DNA of 64,000 nucleotides from Alphaproteobacteria bacterium (GCA_964291675.2 OZ219866.1:1344001-1408000); one strand, 5' to 3'. Numbered from the stretch's first letter, positions 44,937-54,624 are shown. Made by a program: numbers and translations. Notes: generated from the sequence alone by a model not told the origin.

Positions 44937-44987
44937 CGCGCCATTCTGCCGCCGGGCGCCCGGCGCGTCCACGGGCGTTTGGCGGGC

Positions 44988-45097
44988 GTCCCTCGATACG
45001 GCGCTGGCGCGCCTACTCGGGATGAGGATTAAGTTTGCGGGAAGCCGCAAGCCAATCCCTCATCCTGAGTAGCTCGCCGCAGGCGGGCGTATCGAAG
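44988..45097. repeat. REP-like doublet, family A
   Basis: GTCCCTCGATACG...CTACTCGGGATGAGG...CCTCATCCTGAGTAG...CGTATCGAAG. Confidence 0.9.
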
Positions 45098-45132
45098 CAG
45101 ACGCCGCCGCCCGGCTACGGCATCATTGGGGC

Positions 45133-45900
45133 ATGGAGCCGTCCTTTCTCGGCGTGCCGGGCGTCGATGGCTGGGTGTTCGGCGGGCTTGCCGCGTTCTC
45201 CTTCGTCAGCGCCTTCGTCGCCGCCACCATCGGCACCGCGGGCGGGCTGATCCTGCTCGCGGTGATGGCGATCTTCTTTCCCCCCTCGGTGCTGATCCCG
45301 GTGCACACGGTGGTGATGCTGGGCTCGGCGTCGAGCCTGGCCGTCATGCGCTGGCGCTACGTGCTGCGCGGCACGCTGCTTCCCTTCGCGCTCGGCGCGG
45401 CGCTCGGCGCGCTGGCCGGGGCGCAGATCTTCGTGACGCTTTCGAGCGTCGTCCTGCAGGGCATTCTCGGCGTCTCGATCCTGGCGCTCGCCTGGCTTCC
45501 CAAGTTCACCCGGTTCGGGCCCGAGCGGGGGCGCTTCGCGGTGCTCGGCGTCGTCATGACCTTTCTCGGCATCTTCGTCAGCGCGACGGGCAGCCTGCTC
45601 GCCCCGTTCGTCGCCGGCGCCACCGAGGACCGGCGCTACATGCCGCCGACGCTCTCCATGCTGATGACCGTCGTCCACATCGCCAAGCTCGCCGCCTTCG
45701 GCGCGGTCGGGCTCGGCGTCGGCGCCTATCTGCCGCTGATCGGGGCGATGATTGCGGTCTCGATTCTGGGCAATCTCGTCGGCAGCCGCACCCTCGACCT
45801 GGTGCCGGAGCGCGCCTTCCGCATCGCCCTCCAGGTCGTGCTCACCGGGCTCGGCCTCCGCCTGCTCTGGGTCACGGCGATGGAGGCGGGGCTGGCCTGA
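45133..45900 (+). CDS. TauE/SafE family membrane protein
   Basis: GTAGGLIL, LIPVH, FVSATG; about 8 TM. Confidence 0.78.
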   Translation: MEPSFLGVPGVDGWVFGGLAAFSFVSAFVAATIGTAGGLILLAVMAIFFPPSVLIPVHTVVMLGSASSLAVMRWRYVLRGTLLPFALGAALGALAGAQIFVTLSSVVLQGILGVSILALAWLPKFTRFGPERGRFAVLGVVMTFLGIFVSATGSLLAPFVAGATEDRRYMPPTLSMLMTVVHIAKLAAFGAVGLGVGAYLPLIGAMIAVSILGNLVGSRTLDLVPERAFRIALQVVLTGLGLRLLWVTAMEAGLA

Positions 45901-45933
45901 GCGCCCGATTTCCAGCAGGGACATTCGACGACC

Positions 45934-47496
45934 ATGACTTCGACGATTTCCAAACGCGAATTTCTCCAGGCCCTCGGCGCCGCCGCCGGGGTGGGCGCGG
46001 TGTGGCGCGGCATGGAGGCGCTCGGCCTCGCCCGGTCAGGGGTCGCAAGCGCGGCGCCGCCCGAGCTGGCGCCGGGCTCGGGCGCGGGAAGGAGCGTCGC
46101 GATCCTCGGCGCCGGCATCGCCGGCATGGCGGCGGCCTACGAGCTCGCCCGGGCGGGCTGGCGCTGCACCATCCTCGAAGCCACCGGGCGCGCCGGCGGG
46201 CGCAACCTCACGGCGCGGGCGGGCGACACGCTGGAGGAGATCGACAGCCGCCAGCGCGTGCGCTTCTCGCAGGGGTCGCATCTCTACGCCAATCTCGGCG
46301 CGGCGCGCATCCCGCACCACCACCGGACCGTGCTCTCCTACTGCAAGGCGTTCGGCGTCGAGCTCGAGGTCTTCACCAACGACAACCGGGCCGCGCTCTA
46401 CCACGACCCCGAGCGCTTCGGCGGGCGGCCGGTGACGGCGCGCCGGACGGTCAGCGACATCCGCGGCTATATCGCCGAGATGCTCGCCAAGGCGGTCGAC
46501 GCGGCCTCGCTCGACTCGGGCCTGACCGCGAGCGAGAAGAAGCTTTTGGGCGAGATGCTGGCCGATTACGGCGATCTCGACGACGACGGCCGCTACCGGG
46601 GCAGCGCGCGCGGCGGCTATCGCGGCCGGGTGAATGCGGGGCTCCGGCGGGGCGTACCGGAGGACAGGCTGGATTTCGCCGAGCTGCTGCAAAGCCGCTT
46701 CTGGCGCCACGGGCTGCGCACCGCGGAATCGCTCAACCAGAACCCGACCCTCCTGCAGCCCGTCGGCGGCATGGATGCGATCGCGCGCGCGTTCGAGGCG
46801 CGCGTGGGCGGGCTCATCCGCTTCGGCCGGGTGGTCGAGCGGATCCAGAGGACCGGGCGGGGGGTGCGCATCGTCCACCGCGCCGCCGGCTCGGGCGCCA
46901 GGGCGGCGCTGGAGGCCGATTTCGCGATCTGCACCCTCCCGGCGCCGGTGCTCAAGGACATCGCCAGCGACTTCGCGCCGGAGACGCGCGCGGCGATCGC
47001 CTCGGCCGCCTTCGGCGGCGCGGTGAAGATCGCCTTCCAGACGCGGCGGCGGTTCTGGGAGGACGATCTCGCGATCTATGGCGGCATCTCCTGGACCGAC
47101 CAGGACATCGCCCAGATCTGGTACCCGCCCTACGGCTACCACCGCGACCGGGGGGTGATCCTGGGCGCCTATATCTGGGGCGGGAAGCCCGGCCTGCGCT
47201 ACCAGGCGATGCGCCCGGAGGCGCGGCTCGCGGCGGCGATCGCCGAGGGCGGGCGGATCCACCCGGGCTATGCCGGCGAGATCGAGGCGGGCGCGAGCCG
47301 GGCCTGGGGCAAGGTGCCGTTCCAGAAGGGGGCGTGGCCCGAGGCGGGCGAGGCGCCGGACGCGCTGCAACGCCCGGACGGCGCGGTCCATTTCGCCGGC
47401 GACCAGGCGAGCGCGCTGCCCGGCTGGCAGGAGGGCGCCGTGCTGTCCGCCCATGCGGCGGTGGCCGCGATCGCCCGGCGCGCCGCGGAACGGTAG
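45934..47496 (+). CDS. Flavin monoamine oxidase / L-amino-acid oxidase, Tat-like signal
   Basis: SKREFL signal, GAGIAG, LEA..RAGGR, N.GAARIP, GWQEGA. Confidence 0.9.
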   Translation: MTSTISKREFLQALGAAAGVGAVWRGMEALGLARSGVASAAPPELAPGSGAGRSVAILGAGIAGMAAAYELARAGWRCTILEATGRAGGRNLTARAGDTLEEIDSRQRVRFSQGSHLYANLGAARIPHHHRTVLSYCKAFGVELEVFTNDNRAALYHDPERFGGRPVTARRTVSDIRGYIAEMLAKAVDAASLDSGLTASEKKLLGEMLADYGDLDDDGRYRGSARGGYRGRVNAGLRRGVPEDRLDFAELLQSRFWRHGLRTAESLNQNPTLLQPVGGMDAIARAFEARVGGLIRFGRVVERIQRTGRGVRIVHRAAGSGARAALEADFAICTLPAPVLKDIASDFAPETRAAIASAAFGGAVKIAFQTRRRFWEDDLAIYGGISWTDQDIAQIWYPPYGYHRDRGVILGAYIWGGKPGLRYQAMRPEARLAAAIAEGGRIHPGYAGEIEAGASRAWGKVPFQKGAWPEAGEAPDALQRPDGAVHFAGDQASALPGWQEGAVLSAHAAVAAIARRAAER

Positions 47497-47498
47497 GC

Positions 47499-47603
47499 GT
47501 CCTTCGATACGCGGCTTCGCCGCTACTCAGGATGAGGGAATTTGTTGGAGCCACGCCAACCCCCTCATCCTGAGTAGCCCCCCGGAGGAGGCGTATCGAA
47601 GGG
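47499..47603. repeat. REP-like doublet, family A
   Basis: Same arms as the other copies. Confidence 0.9.
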
Positions 47604-47703
47604 GGCTTACAAAGATAAGTTGACGAACGGGAGGCCAACGACACCTCTTCCGTCATGCCCGGTCGCCGGAACGAGCCGGGGGGTGTCGGCGCTTCCCCAA
47701 CCA

Positions 47704-47792
47704 CGTCATGGCCGGACTTGATCCGGCCATCCACGCGGCCTCTCCACCCGCACGACGGTCCGGCGGGACGGGTGGCGGCGCCCATGGATGCC
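47704..47792. repeat. CGTC-tagged REP, family B (left arm plus start of the interrupted right arm)
   Basis: CGTCATGGCCGGACTTGATCCGGCCATCCA...ATGGATGCC, then the IS. Confidence 0.85.
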
Positions 47793-47873
47793 CGATGGAG
47801 TGGACGCCCCCTCCGACGGCATCTGTGTGCCAAAGTGGCGGTGTCATCAACCCACTTGGAGGAGGGAGCATCC

Positions 47874-48905
47874 ATGGCCGAGGTTAGCATGATCGGGATC
47901 GATCTTTCGAAGCGGAGTTTTCAGCTGCACGGGATGTGCGCGGACGGCTCGGTGGGTTTCCGCCGGACGCTGAGCCGCGGCAGGCTGCTCGCCTTTGTGG
48001 CGCGTCAGCCGCGCTGCGTGGTGGCGATGGAGGCGTGCGGGGGTGCGCATCACTGGGGTCGCGAGATCCTCGATCTGGGCCATGAGGTGCGGCTGGTGCC
48101 GCCGGTCTATGTGAAGCCCTTCGTGAAGCGCCAGAAGAACGATGCGGCGGATGCGGCGGCGATCTGCGAGGCGGCGTCGCGGCCGACCATGAGCCTGGTT
48201 GCGGTGAAGACGGCCGAGCAGCAGAGCCGCGGCATGCTGTTCCGGGTGCGCGATCTCCTGGTGCGCCAGCGCACCCAGGCGCTCGACGCGCTGCGCGGCC
48301 ATCTGGCGGAGTTCGGGCTGGTGGCGCCGAAGGGTCCGGCGAGTGTCGGCAAGCTCGCGGTGGCGCTGGAGGCTGCGCGGGCCGGTCTGCCGGACCGGGT
48401 GGGCGAGCTCGCCGGGGTGCTGCTGGAGCAGATCGCCGGGCTGGACGAACAGGTCGCCGAGCTCGACAAGGAGCTGCGCGCCGAGGCGCGGCGGGATGCG
48501 GATGCGCGCCGGCTGATGACCATACCGGGGGTCGGGCCGGTCACCGCGATGGCGATCCAGGCCTTCGCGCCGCCGCTCGACGGGTTCCGCCGCGGGCGCG
48601 ACTTCTCGGCCTGGCTCGGGCTGGTGCCGCGCCAGCACACGACGGCCGGCAAGCCGCGGCTGGGCAGGATATCGAAGATGGGCCAGCGCGATCTCAGGCG
48701 GCTCTTGGTGCTCGGCGCCATGTCGGTGGTCCGCAGCGCCGGGCGCCACGACACGGTGCGCGACCCGTGGCTGGCCGGGATGCTGGCCACCAGGAAGCCG
48801 AAGAAGCTGATCGCCGTGGCGCTGGCCAACCGCACCGCGCGCATCGCCTGGGCGATGACCACGAGACAGCAGAGCTACCGGGCGCCCGCGCCGAACACCG
48901 CCTGA
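47874..48905 (+). CDS. IS110 DEDD transposase/recombinase
   Basis: IGIDLSK, VAMEACGGAHHW, QKNDAADA, TIPGVGP, AWLGLVP, ISKMG; the PRQHTTAG segment has Thr where SSGG is typical. Confidence 0.96.
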   Translation: MAEVSMIGIDLSKRSFQLHGMCADGSVGFRRTLSRGRLLAFVARQPRCVVAMEACGGAHHWGREILDLGHEVRLVPPVYVKPFVKRQKNDAADAAAICEAASRPTMSLVAVKTAEQQSRGMLFRVRDLLVRQRTQALDALRGHLAEFGLVAPKGPASVGKLAVALEAARAGLPDRVGELAGVLLEQIAGLDEQVAELDKELRAEARRDADARRLMTIPGVGPVTAMAIQAFAPPLDGFRRGRDFSAWLGLVPRQHTTAGKPRLGRISKMGQRDLRRLLVLGAMSVVRSAGRHDTVRDPWLAGMLATRKPKKLIAVALANRTARIAWAMTTRQQSYRAPAPNTA

Positions 48906-48959
48906 GCGCGGCGGATGCGGGCCGCCGTCGGCAGTGCGGGCGAGGTCTGAGGACGGGTA

Positions 48960-49100
48960 AGGACAAACGGTCGATGAGACGGGATCGGGAAAACCAGTTT
49001 GATCCGGCGCGCCGAAGAGCACGCGTGCCCGTATGCCATACAGGCCCGCGGCGCCGCATAGGCCGCAAGCAGAGGCCGCATAGACGACAGCACCTGACCG
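48960..49100 (+). ncRNA. Putative bridge/seekRNA in the IS 3' non-coding region
   Basis: TTGATCCGG (48999-49007) is complementary to the target flank; CATAGACGA (49079-49087) equals the circle junction; boundaries approximate. Confidence 0.65.
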
Positions 49101-49153
49101 CACTGTCCGAACCGTTCGAAAAAAAACCTTGCACCGCCGGGGGCGTCCATAGA

Positions 49154-49389
49154 CGGATCAAGTCCGGGCATGACGAGGGAGGGCCGGGGGCGACGGCGGC
49201 ATGCGACGACGCGTTGCGCGTGTCGCGATCCGTGTCCCGATCCGGCGGATGGGCCGGAAATCCGCGCGTACCGAGGCTTTGCGCCCGGTCCAGCTCATCC
49301 AAACCGGACAGCAGTGGCCTCGATCCGGGCATCTCCCTCCGCCGACTCTCTTGCGGGCCGCATGGATGGCCGGATCAAGTCCGGCCATG
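49154..49389. repeat. Family B REP arms (rest of the interrupted arm at 49154-49175; further arm at about 49362-49389)
   Basis: CGGATCAAGTCCGGGCATGACG and ATGGATGGCCGGATCAAGTCCGGCCATG. Confidence 0.8.
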
Positions 49390-49421
49390 GCGGGTGGAGG
49401 AACACGGCGCCGACGGGCGCC

Positions 49422-50258
49422 TCACCGGGGGCGGCGGTTGATCGCGTACTCGCCTTCGCCGCGCCGGAAGGGCTGGATCAGCATGTTGTGCAGATGCAGC
49501 TCGGCGCCGTCGCGGAAGGCGTCGAGGCCGATGGTCATGTTCTCGTGCCCGAGCCCGGGCTGCGCCCGGTAGGTGCCGAACAGGCGGTCCCACCAGGGCA
49601 GGTTGAAGCCGAAATTGCTGTTGGTCTCGGCCGGGATGTCGGAGTGGTGCACGCGGTGCATGTCGGGCGTGACGATCGCCCAGCGCAGCACCCGGTCGAG
49701 CGCCGGCGGCAGGCGCAGATTGCCGTGGTTGAACATCGAGGTGCCGTTCAGCAGCACCTCGAAGACCAGGACCGCCACGGCCGGCGGGCCGAGCAGCGCG
49801 ACGGCGGCGAGCTTCAACAGGACCGACAGGAAGATCTCGATGGGGTGGAAGCGCGACCCCGTCGTCACGTCGAAGTCGAGGTCGGAGTGGTGCATGCGGT
49901 GCAGCCGCCAGAGCGCCGGCACGGCGTGGAACATGACGTGCTGCAAATAGATGACCAGATCGAGGACGAGAACCGCGATCACGATGTCGAGCCAGAGCGG
50001 CAGCGCGACCAGGTTGAGGACGCCCCAGCCGCGCTCCGCGGCGATCGCGGCCAGCGCGACCGGAAACAGGGGAAAGATCAGCCGCACCGCCACGGTGTTG
50101 AAGACGACGATCCCGATATTGGCGTACCAGCGCAGCCAGCGCGGCCGGGAGAGCGCCCGGCGCGGCGCCGCCAGCTCCCACAGCGCGACCGCGGCGAAGA
50201 TGCCGAGGAAGCAGCCGACCCTGATCGCCGGTTCGTTTGCGCTGATGAACTCCGGCAT
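49422..50258 (-). CDS. Sterol desaturase / fatty acid hydroxylase family
   Basis: His boxes YLQH..FH, HRMHHSD, RFHP, FNH, HRVHHS. Confidence 0.92.
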   Translation of the reverse strand: MPEFISANEPAIRVGCFLGIFAAVALWELAAPRRALSRPRWLRWYANIGIVVFNTVAVRLIFPLFPVALAAIAAERGWGVLNLVALPLWLDIVIAVLVLDLVIYLQHVMFHAVPALWRLHRMHHSDLDFDVTTGSRFHPIEIFLSVLLKLAAVALLGPPAVAVLVFEVLLNGTSMFNHGNLRLPPALDRVLRWAIVTPDMHRVHHSDIPAETNSNFGFNLPWWDRLFGTYRAQPGLGHENMTIGLDAFRDGAELHLHNMLIQPFRRGEGEYAINRRPR

Positions 50259-50398
50259 GTCTCGATCCCGGGGAGCGGGTTCCGCGCCGCGGCGATGCTA
50301 GCACGGGAGCCCTCCGGCCGTCGCGCCGCTTGCCCGCGGAACCGACGGCTGGCACGCTGGACGGGCGAGGGAAGCCGGAATTGGGGAGAGACGCCGCC

Positions 50399-51520
50399 AT
50401 GCGACCGGGAAAGCCGCCGTTTCGCGCCGACCACATCGGCAGCCTGCTGCGCCCGCCGGAGCTGCAGCGCGCGCTGGAGGCCCACGAGCGCGGCGAGATT
50501 AGCGGCGAGGCGCGGCGCGAGATCGAGGACCGCTGCATCCGCGAGGTGGTGGCGCTGCAGGAGGAGACCGGCATCCCCACCGTGACCGACGGCGAGTTCC
50601 GCCGCTACGAGTTCCACACCCCGATCCTGACCCGCATCCAGGGCGTCGAGCTGACCGGAAGGGTCGAGTTCCACTTCCACTACGAGGACGAGGACATCGA
50701 ATACGCCCCGCCGGTGCTGGAGGTGACCGGCCGTCTGGGACATCCGCCGGGCGGGCTCGTGGTGGAGGATTACAGGTTCACCAGCGCGCTCACCGACCGC
50801 ACGGTCAAGATGTGCATCCCCTCGCCCACCTACATGTATGCCCGCGGCGGCTGGGCCGGGATCGACAGGGCGCTGTATCCCGACAAGGACGCGCTGATCG
50901 CCGGCCTCGCCGAGGTCTACGACGCCGAGCTGCATGCGCTGTGGCAAGCGGGCTGCGACTTCGTGCAGATCGACGACACCAACTTCGCGCATATGTGCGA
51001 CCCCAAGTTCCACGACCGCTACCGGCGCATCGGCGAGGACCCGGACGCGCTGCCTAGCTTCTATGCGAAGATCATCAACGCCTGCATCCGCAACCGGCCC
51101 GCCGGCCAGCGCGTCGGGCTGCATATGTGCCGCGGCAACGTGCGCGGCGCCTGGGTGGCGGAGGGCGGCTACGAGCCGGTCGCCGAGGCCTTGCTGAACG
51201 AGCTCGAAGTCGACGCCCTGTTCATGGAGTACGACGAGCCGAGGGCCGGCGACTTCACGCCGCTGCGCCATCTCGAACGCGACGACAAGCTGGTCGTGCT
51301 CGGGCTGATCACCACCAAGAAGGCGGCGCTCGAGCCCAGGGACGCGCTGAAGCGCCGCATCGACGAGGCCGCCCGCTACGTGCCCATGGAGCAGCTCGCG
51401 CTCAGCCCGCAATGCGGCTTCGCCAGCATCTACCAGGGCAACCCGATCGCCGAGGCCGACGAGATGGCGAAGCTCCGCCTCGTCGTCGACGTGGCCGGCG
51501 AGGTGTGGGGCGACGATTAG
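50399..51520 (+). CDS. Cobalamin-independent methionine synthase-like protein (MetE C-terminal only)
   Basis: RADHIGSLLRP, TDGEFRR, HMCRGN, LSPQCGFAS. Confidence 0.9.
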   Translation: MRPGKPPFRADHIGSLLRPPELQRALEAHERGEISGEARREIEDRCIREVVALQEETGIPTVTDGEFRRYEFHTPILTRIQGVELTGRVEFHFHYEDEDIEYAPPVLEVTGRLGHPPGGLVVEDYRFTSALTDRTVKMCIPSPTYMYARGGWAGIDRALYPDKDALIAGLAEVYDAELHALWQAGCDFVQIDDTNFAHMCDPKFHDRYRRIGEDPDALPSFYAKIINACIRNRPAGQRVGLHMCRGNVRGAWVAEGGYEPVAEALLNELEVDALFMEYDEPRAGDFTPLRHLERDDKLVVLGLITTKKAALEPRDALKRRIDEAARYVPMEQLALSPQCGFASIYQGNPIAEADEMAKLRLVVDVAGEVWGDD

Positions 51521-51522
51521 CC

Positions 51523-51628
51523 GTCCTTCGATACGCGGCTTCGCCGCTACTCAGGATGAGGGAAAGGTCTTGGGCCGCCCGCCCCACCCTCATCCTGAGT
51601 AGCCCCCGAGGGGGGCGTATCGAAGGAC
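51523..51628. repeat. REP-like doublet, family A
   Basis: Left arm matches the 47499 copy; lies between convergent genes. Confidence 0.9.
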
Positions 51629-51637
51629 GGGCCGGGC

Positions 51638-52453
51638 TCAGGCGATCCTGGCGTAGCCCGCGTCCTCGGCGGCGCGCTCGCGCTCGATCAGCGTGTCGAA
51701 CACCTCGCCCGACACCGGCTCGAAGCGGCTGAGCAGCAGCGCGTCGCGCGTCGCCGCCATCTCGGGCGCCGCGCCGAAGGCGAGCAGCGCATCGACCAGC
51801 CGCTGCCGGTCGGCGTCGCCCGCGGCGAGCGAGGTCACCATGGGCGGGATCGGCGCCGCCTCGGTGGTGGCGACCACGCGCACGCGGCCCGCCGAGTCCG
51901 GCTCGTGGTGGCGCAGGAGATCGAGCGCGAAGCCGTCCACCGCGGCGATTTCCGCCTCGCCCGCAGCGAGCGCGTCGAGCACCGCGCCCTGGCGCATATA
52001 GGGCCCGAGGACCGCGCCGAACAGCGCCGGCCGGTCGGCCGTCCGCCAGCCCAGCAGATGGTAGCGCGCCGCGTTGTAGCCCGATTGCGAGTGCTCGGTG
52101 GAGTAGGCGAAGCGGTGGCCGAACGTGTCTTCCAGGGTCTCGAACGGGCTGTCGGCGGGCACCACGAAGTCGCTGACATAGACCGCCCGGTCGCCGTAGC
52201 GCGGCGGCGCCGGCACCGGGGCGGCGAGCAGGCGCGGCGGCTCCGCGGCCAGCGCCCACGGGTAGCCGCACATCGCGACGCAGCCCATGTCGCCGCGCGC
52301 CCACAGCTCGTCGAGCCCCATCGGCACGTCGCGCGGGATGATCTCGTAGGCGACGCCGGCGGTCTCGCTCACCCAGCGCAGCAGCTCGCCCCAGGCGGTT
52401 CCGAGGCCGGGCGACCATTCGTAGAGCCGGGCCGAGCCGATCAACCCATCCAT
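51638..52453 (-). CDS. PhnD/SsuA-like substrate-binding-fold protein
   Basis: MCGYP, YVSDFVV..DS, HSQSGYNA, G.AE.AAVD. Confidence 0.78.
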   Translation of the reverse strand: MDGLIGSARLYEWSPGLGTAWGELLRWVSETAGVAYEIIPRDVPMGLDELWARGDMGCVAMCGYPWALAAEPPRLLAAPVPAPPRYGDRAVYVSDFVVPADSPFETLEDTFGHRFAYSTEHSQSGYNAARYHLLGWRTADRPALFGAVLGPYMRQGAVLDALAAGEAEIAAVDGFALDLLRHHEPDSAGRVRVVATTEAAPIPPMVTSLAAGDADRQRLVDALLAFGAAPEMAATRDALLLSRFEPVSGEVFDTLIERERAAEDAGYARIA

Positions 52454-52567
52454 CGCGACACCTCCCCGCGGCCGGACGGCGGCGCGCGACCGGCCACCGT
52501 CTTGCATGCGTTTTTCGGGCGCCGCTAAACTGAATCAGGTTACCGCAAATCGGCGGGGAGGACATCC

Positions 52568-53851
52568 ATGCAGCCTGACGCCTACGGGCTTTCGCTCGCG
52601 ACCGACTCGCGGGACGCCGCGCAGGCCTTCGACCGGGGGGTGAAGGGGCTGTTGTCCTGGGACGCCCGGTCCGTGGGCTTCTTCCGCGACTCGGCCGCCG
52701 GGGATGCCGGTCTCGCCGCCGCCCATGCCGGTCTCGCCGTGGCCCATTTCGTCGAGGAGGAGTTCGCCGAGGCGCGGGACGCGATGGCGGCGGCCCGGCA
52801 AGCGGCCGCACGGGGTTCGGAGCGCGAGCAGAGCCTGGTGGCCGCGCTCGACCGCTATGTGAACCTGCGCGCGCGCGATGCCGAGGCGGCGATGCGCGCC
52901 CATCTCGGCGCCTGGCCGACCGACCTGATGATCGCCCAGCGGCTCTATCTGATGTGGTTCTTCCAGGGTCGCTTCGCCGACATGCGGGAGCTGTCGGAGA
53001 CATTGCTCGTCGCGCTGCCCGACGACGCCTTCGTGCACGGCTTCCTCGCCTTCGTCCTGGAGGAGCAGGGCGAGGGCGAGGAAGCCGTGCGCTGGGCCGA
53101 GCGCTGCATCGCGCGGAACCCGGAGGACACCTGGGGCGTGCACGCGCTGACCCATGCGCTCTACGACCTGGAGGCCTATGACGAGGCGCTGGAGCGGGTG
53201 CCGCCGGCGCTCGATGCCTGCGTCCACATGAACTACTACCGCAACCACATGCTGTGGCACCTGGTGCTGTTCCGCATCGCGGTCGGCGGCTACGAGCAGG
53301 CCTCCGATATGTGCCGCGACTGGTTCGAGGCCGAGCCGTCGGCGCGCGGGCTCGACCTGCGCAACACGGTCTCCACGCTGTGGCGGTTCGAGCTGTTCGG
53401 CATGGAGCCCGGCGAGCGCTGGCAGCCCTTCGTCGATATCCTCAAGCGCCAGCTCGACCGGCCCGAGGACTCGCCCTTCCACCACGCCCATGTCGGCATG
53501 GCGCTCGCCGGCGGGCGCGACTGGGACGCGGCGGAGGCGCATCTCGACATATTGCGCGCGCGCGGCCGGGCATCGGGCAACGACATCTGGGAGCGGGTGG
53601 TGATCCCCCTCAACGAGGCGCAGCACGCCTTCGTCCGCGGCGAGTGGGATCGGGCGGTCGCGAAGACCGAGCCGATCTGGGACGAGATCGTCCGGCTCGG
53701 TGGCAGCAAGACCCAGCGCGACGCGTTCCACGACACCCTGCTGGAGGCGGCGCTCAGGGCGGGCGATGCCGGCCGCGCCAGGCGCTGGCTCGACGAGCGC
53801 CTGACCCGCCGCGCCGAGCATTTCTGGAGCAACCGCCGGCAGCACGCGTAG
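52568..53851 (+). CDS. TPR protein (TTC38-like)
   Basis: DAYGL.L.T, AFVLEE.G, W.VHA..H, H..WH, GGS.TQRD. Confidence 0.8.
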   Translation: MQPDAYGLSLATDSRDAAQAFDRGVKGLLSWDARSVGFFRDSAAGDAGLAAAHAGLAVAHFVEEEFAEARDAMAAARQAAARGSEREQSLVAALDRYVNLRARDAEAAMRAHLGAWPTDLMIAQRLYLMWFFQGRFADMRELSETLLVALPDDAFVHGFLAFVLEEQGEGEEAVRWAERCIARNPEDTWGVHALTHALYDLEAYDEALERVPPALDACVHMNYYRNHMLWHLVLFRIAVGGYEQASDMCRDWFEAEPSARGLDLRNTVSTLWRFELFGMEPGERWQPFVDILKRQLDRPEDSPFHHAHVGMALAGGRDWDAAEAHLDILRARGRASGNDIWERVVIPLNEAQHAFVRGEWDRAVAKTEPIWDEIVRLGGSKTQRDAFHDTLLEAALRAGDAGRARRWLDERLTRRAEHFWSNRRQHA

Positions 53852-53886
53852 GCGTCTGGCGTATCCGGGCCGGCGTCCCCTTGGCG

Positions 53887-54624
53887 ATGACCCAGACCAA
53901 CGATCCCTGGTGGAGCCCCTGGCGCGAGGTCGAGGGCGCGACCGTCCTTCGCGTGGACCTCGCCCCGGACGCCGGCCGGGAGGCGGAGGCCGCCTCCCTG
54001 CTCGACGACGCCGAGAGGGAGCGCCGGCGCCGCTTCCTGTCGCAGCGCGCGCGGCGCGAATTCGCGCTCTGCCGGGCGGCGCTCCGCGTCAGCCTGGCCG
54101 AGCGTCTGGGCTGCGCCGTCCGACAGCTTTCCTTCGACCGGCTGGAGCACGGCAAGCCCCTCGCCAGGGTGGCCGGCCGGCCCGTCGACGCGGCGTTCAA
54201 TGTCAGCCACAGCGGCCGCCACGGGCTGATCGCGATCGCCGGGCGCGGCTGTCTCGGCGTCGACGTGGAGGAGCGCATCGCGCAGCGCGATTTCCTTGGC
54301 ATCGGCGGCCTGGTCTACGGCGCGGCGGAGCGGCGGTTGCTGCGGGATGCCGCGGGGCGGGAGAGGGTGCATCTGTTCTATCGGCTGTGGAGCATGAAGG
54401 AGGCGCTGATCAAGGCCCTCGGCACCGGGTTTTCGCTGAGCCCGGCCGGTTTCCAGCTTCCCGCGCCGATGCTGCGCGGCGCCCGGTCGGGCGTGTTTCG
54501 CTTCCCGCATCTGCCGTCGGAGAGCTGGCGCCTGCTGGATCTGGGCGAGCCGCGCTTCGCCGCCGCGCTCGCCTACAGGCTGCCGCCTCCGTCCGGCGCG
54601 GACCCGGCGCCGCCCGGCGCGTGA
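53887..54624 (+). CDS. Sfp-type 4'-phosphopantetheinyl transferase
   Basis: HGKP, FNVSHSG, LGVDVE, WSMKEALIKALG.G. Confidence 0.92.
   Translation: MTQTNDPWWSPWREVEGATVLRVDLAPDAGREAEAASLLDDAERERRRRFLSQRARREFALCRAALRVSLAERLGCAVRQLSFDRLEHGKPLARVAGRPVDAAFNVSHSGRHGLIAIAGRGCLGVDVEERIAQRDFLGIGGLVYGAAERRLLRDAAGRERVHLFYRLWSMKEALIKALGTGFSLSPAGFQLPAPMLRGARSGVFRFPHLPSESWRLLDLGEPRFAAALAYRLPPPSGADPAPPGA

Larger units (their letters stand above)
47793..49153 (+). mobile_element. IS110-family insertion sequence, IS1111 subgroup
   Basis: Subterminal IRs TGGACGCCCCC (47801-47811) and GGGGGCGTCCA (49139-49149); long 3' non-coding region; removing it restores the REP arm. Confidence 0.9.

Noticed and set aside
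33244-51628. Repeats as a CRISPR array
   Set aside because: Copies are dispersed inverted doublets, not regularly spaced direct repeats; no cas genes
53254-54624. 456-aa extended PPTase ORF
   Set aside because: The N-terminal part overlaps the TPR gene out of frame; the real start is near 53887
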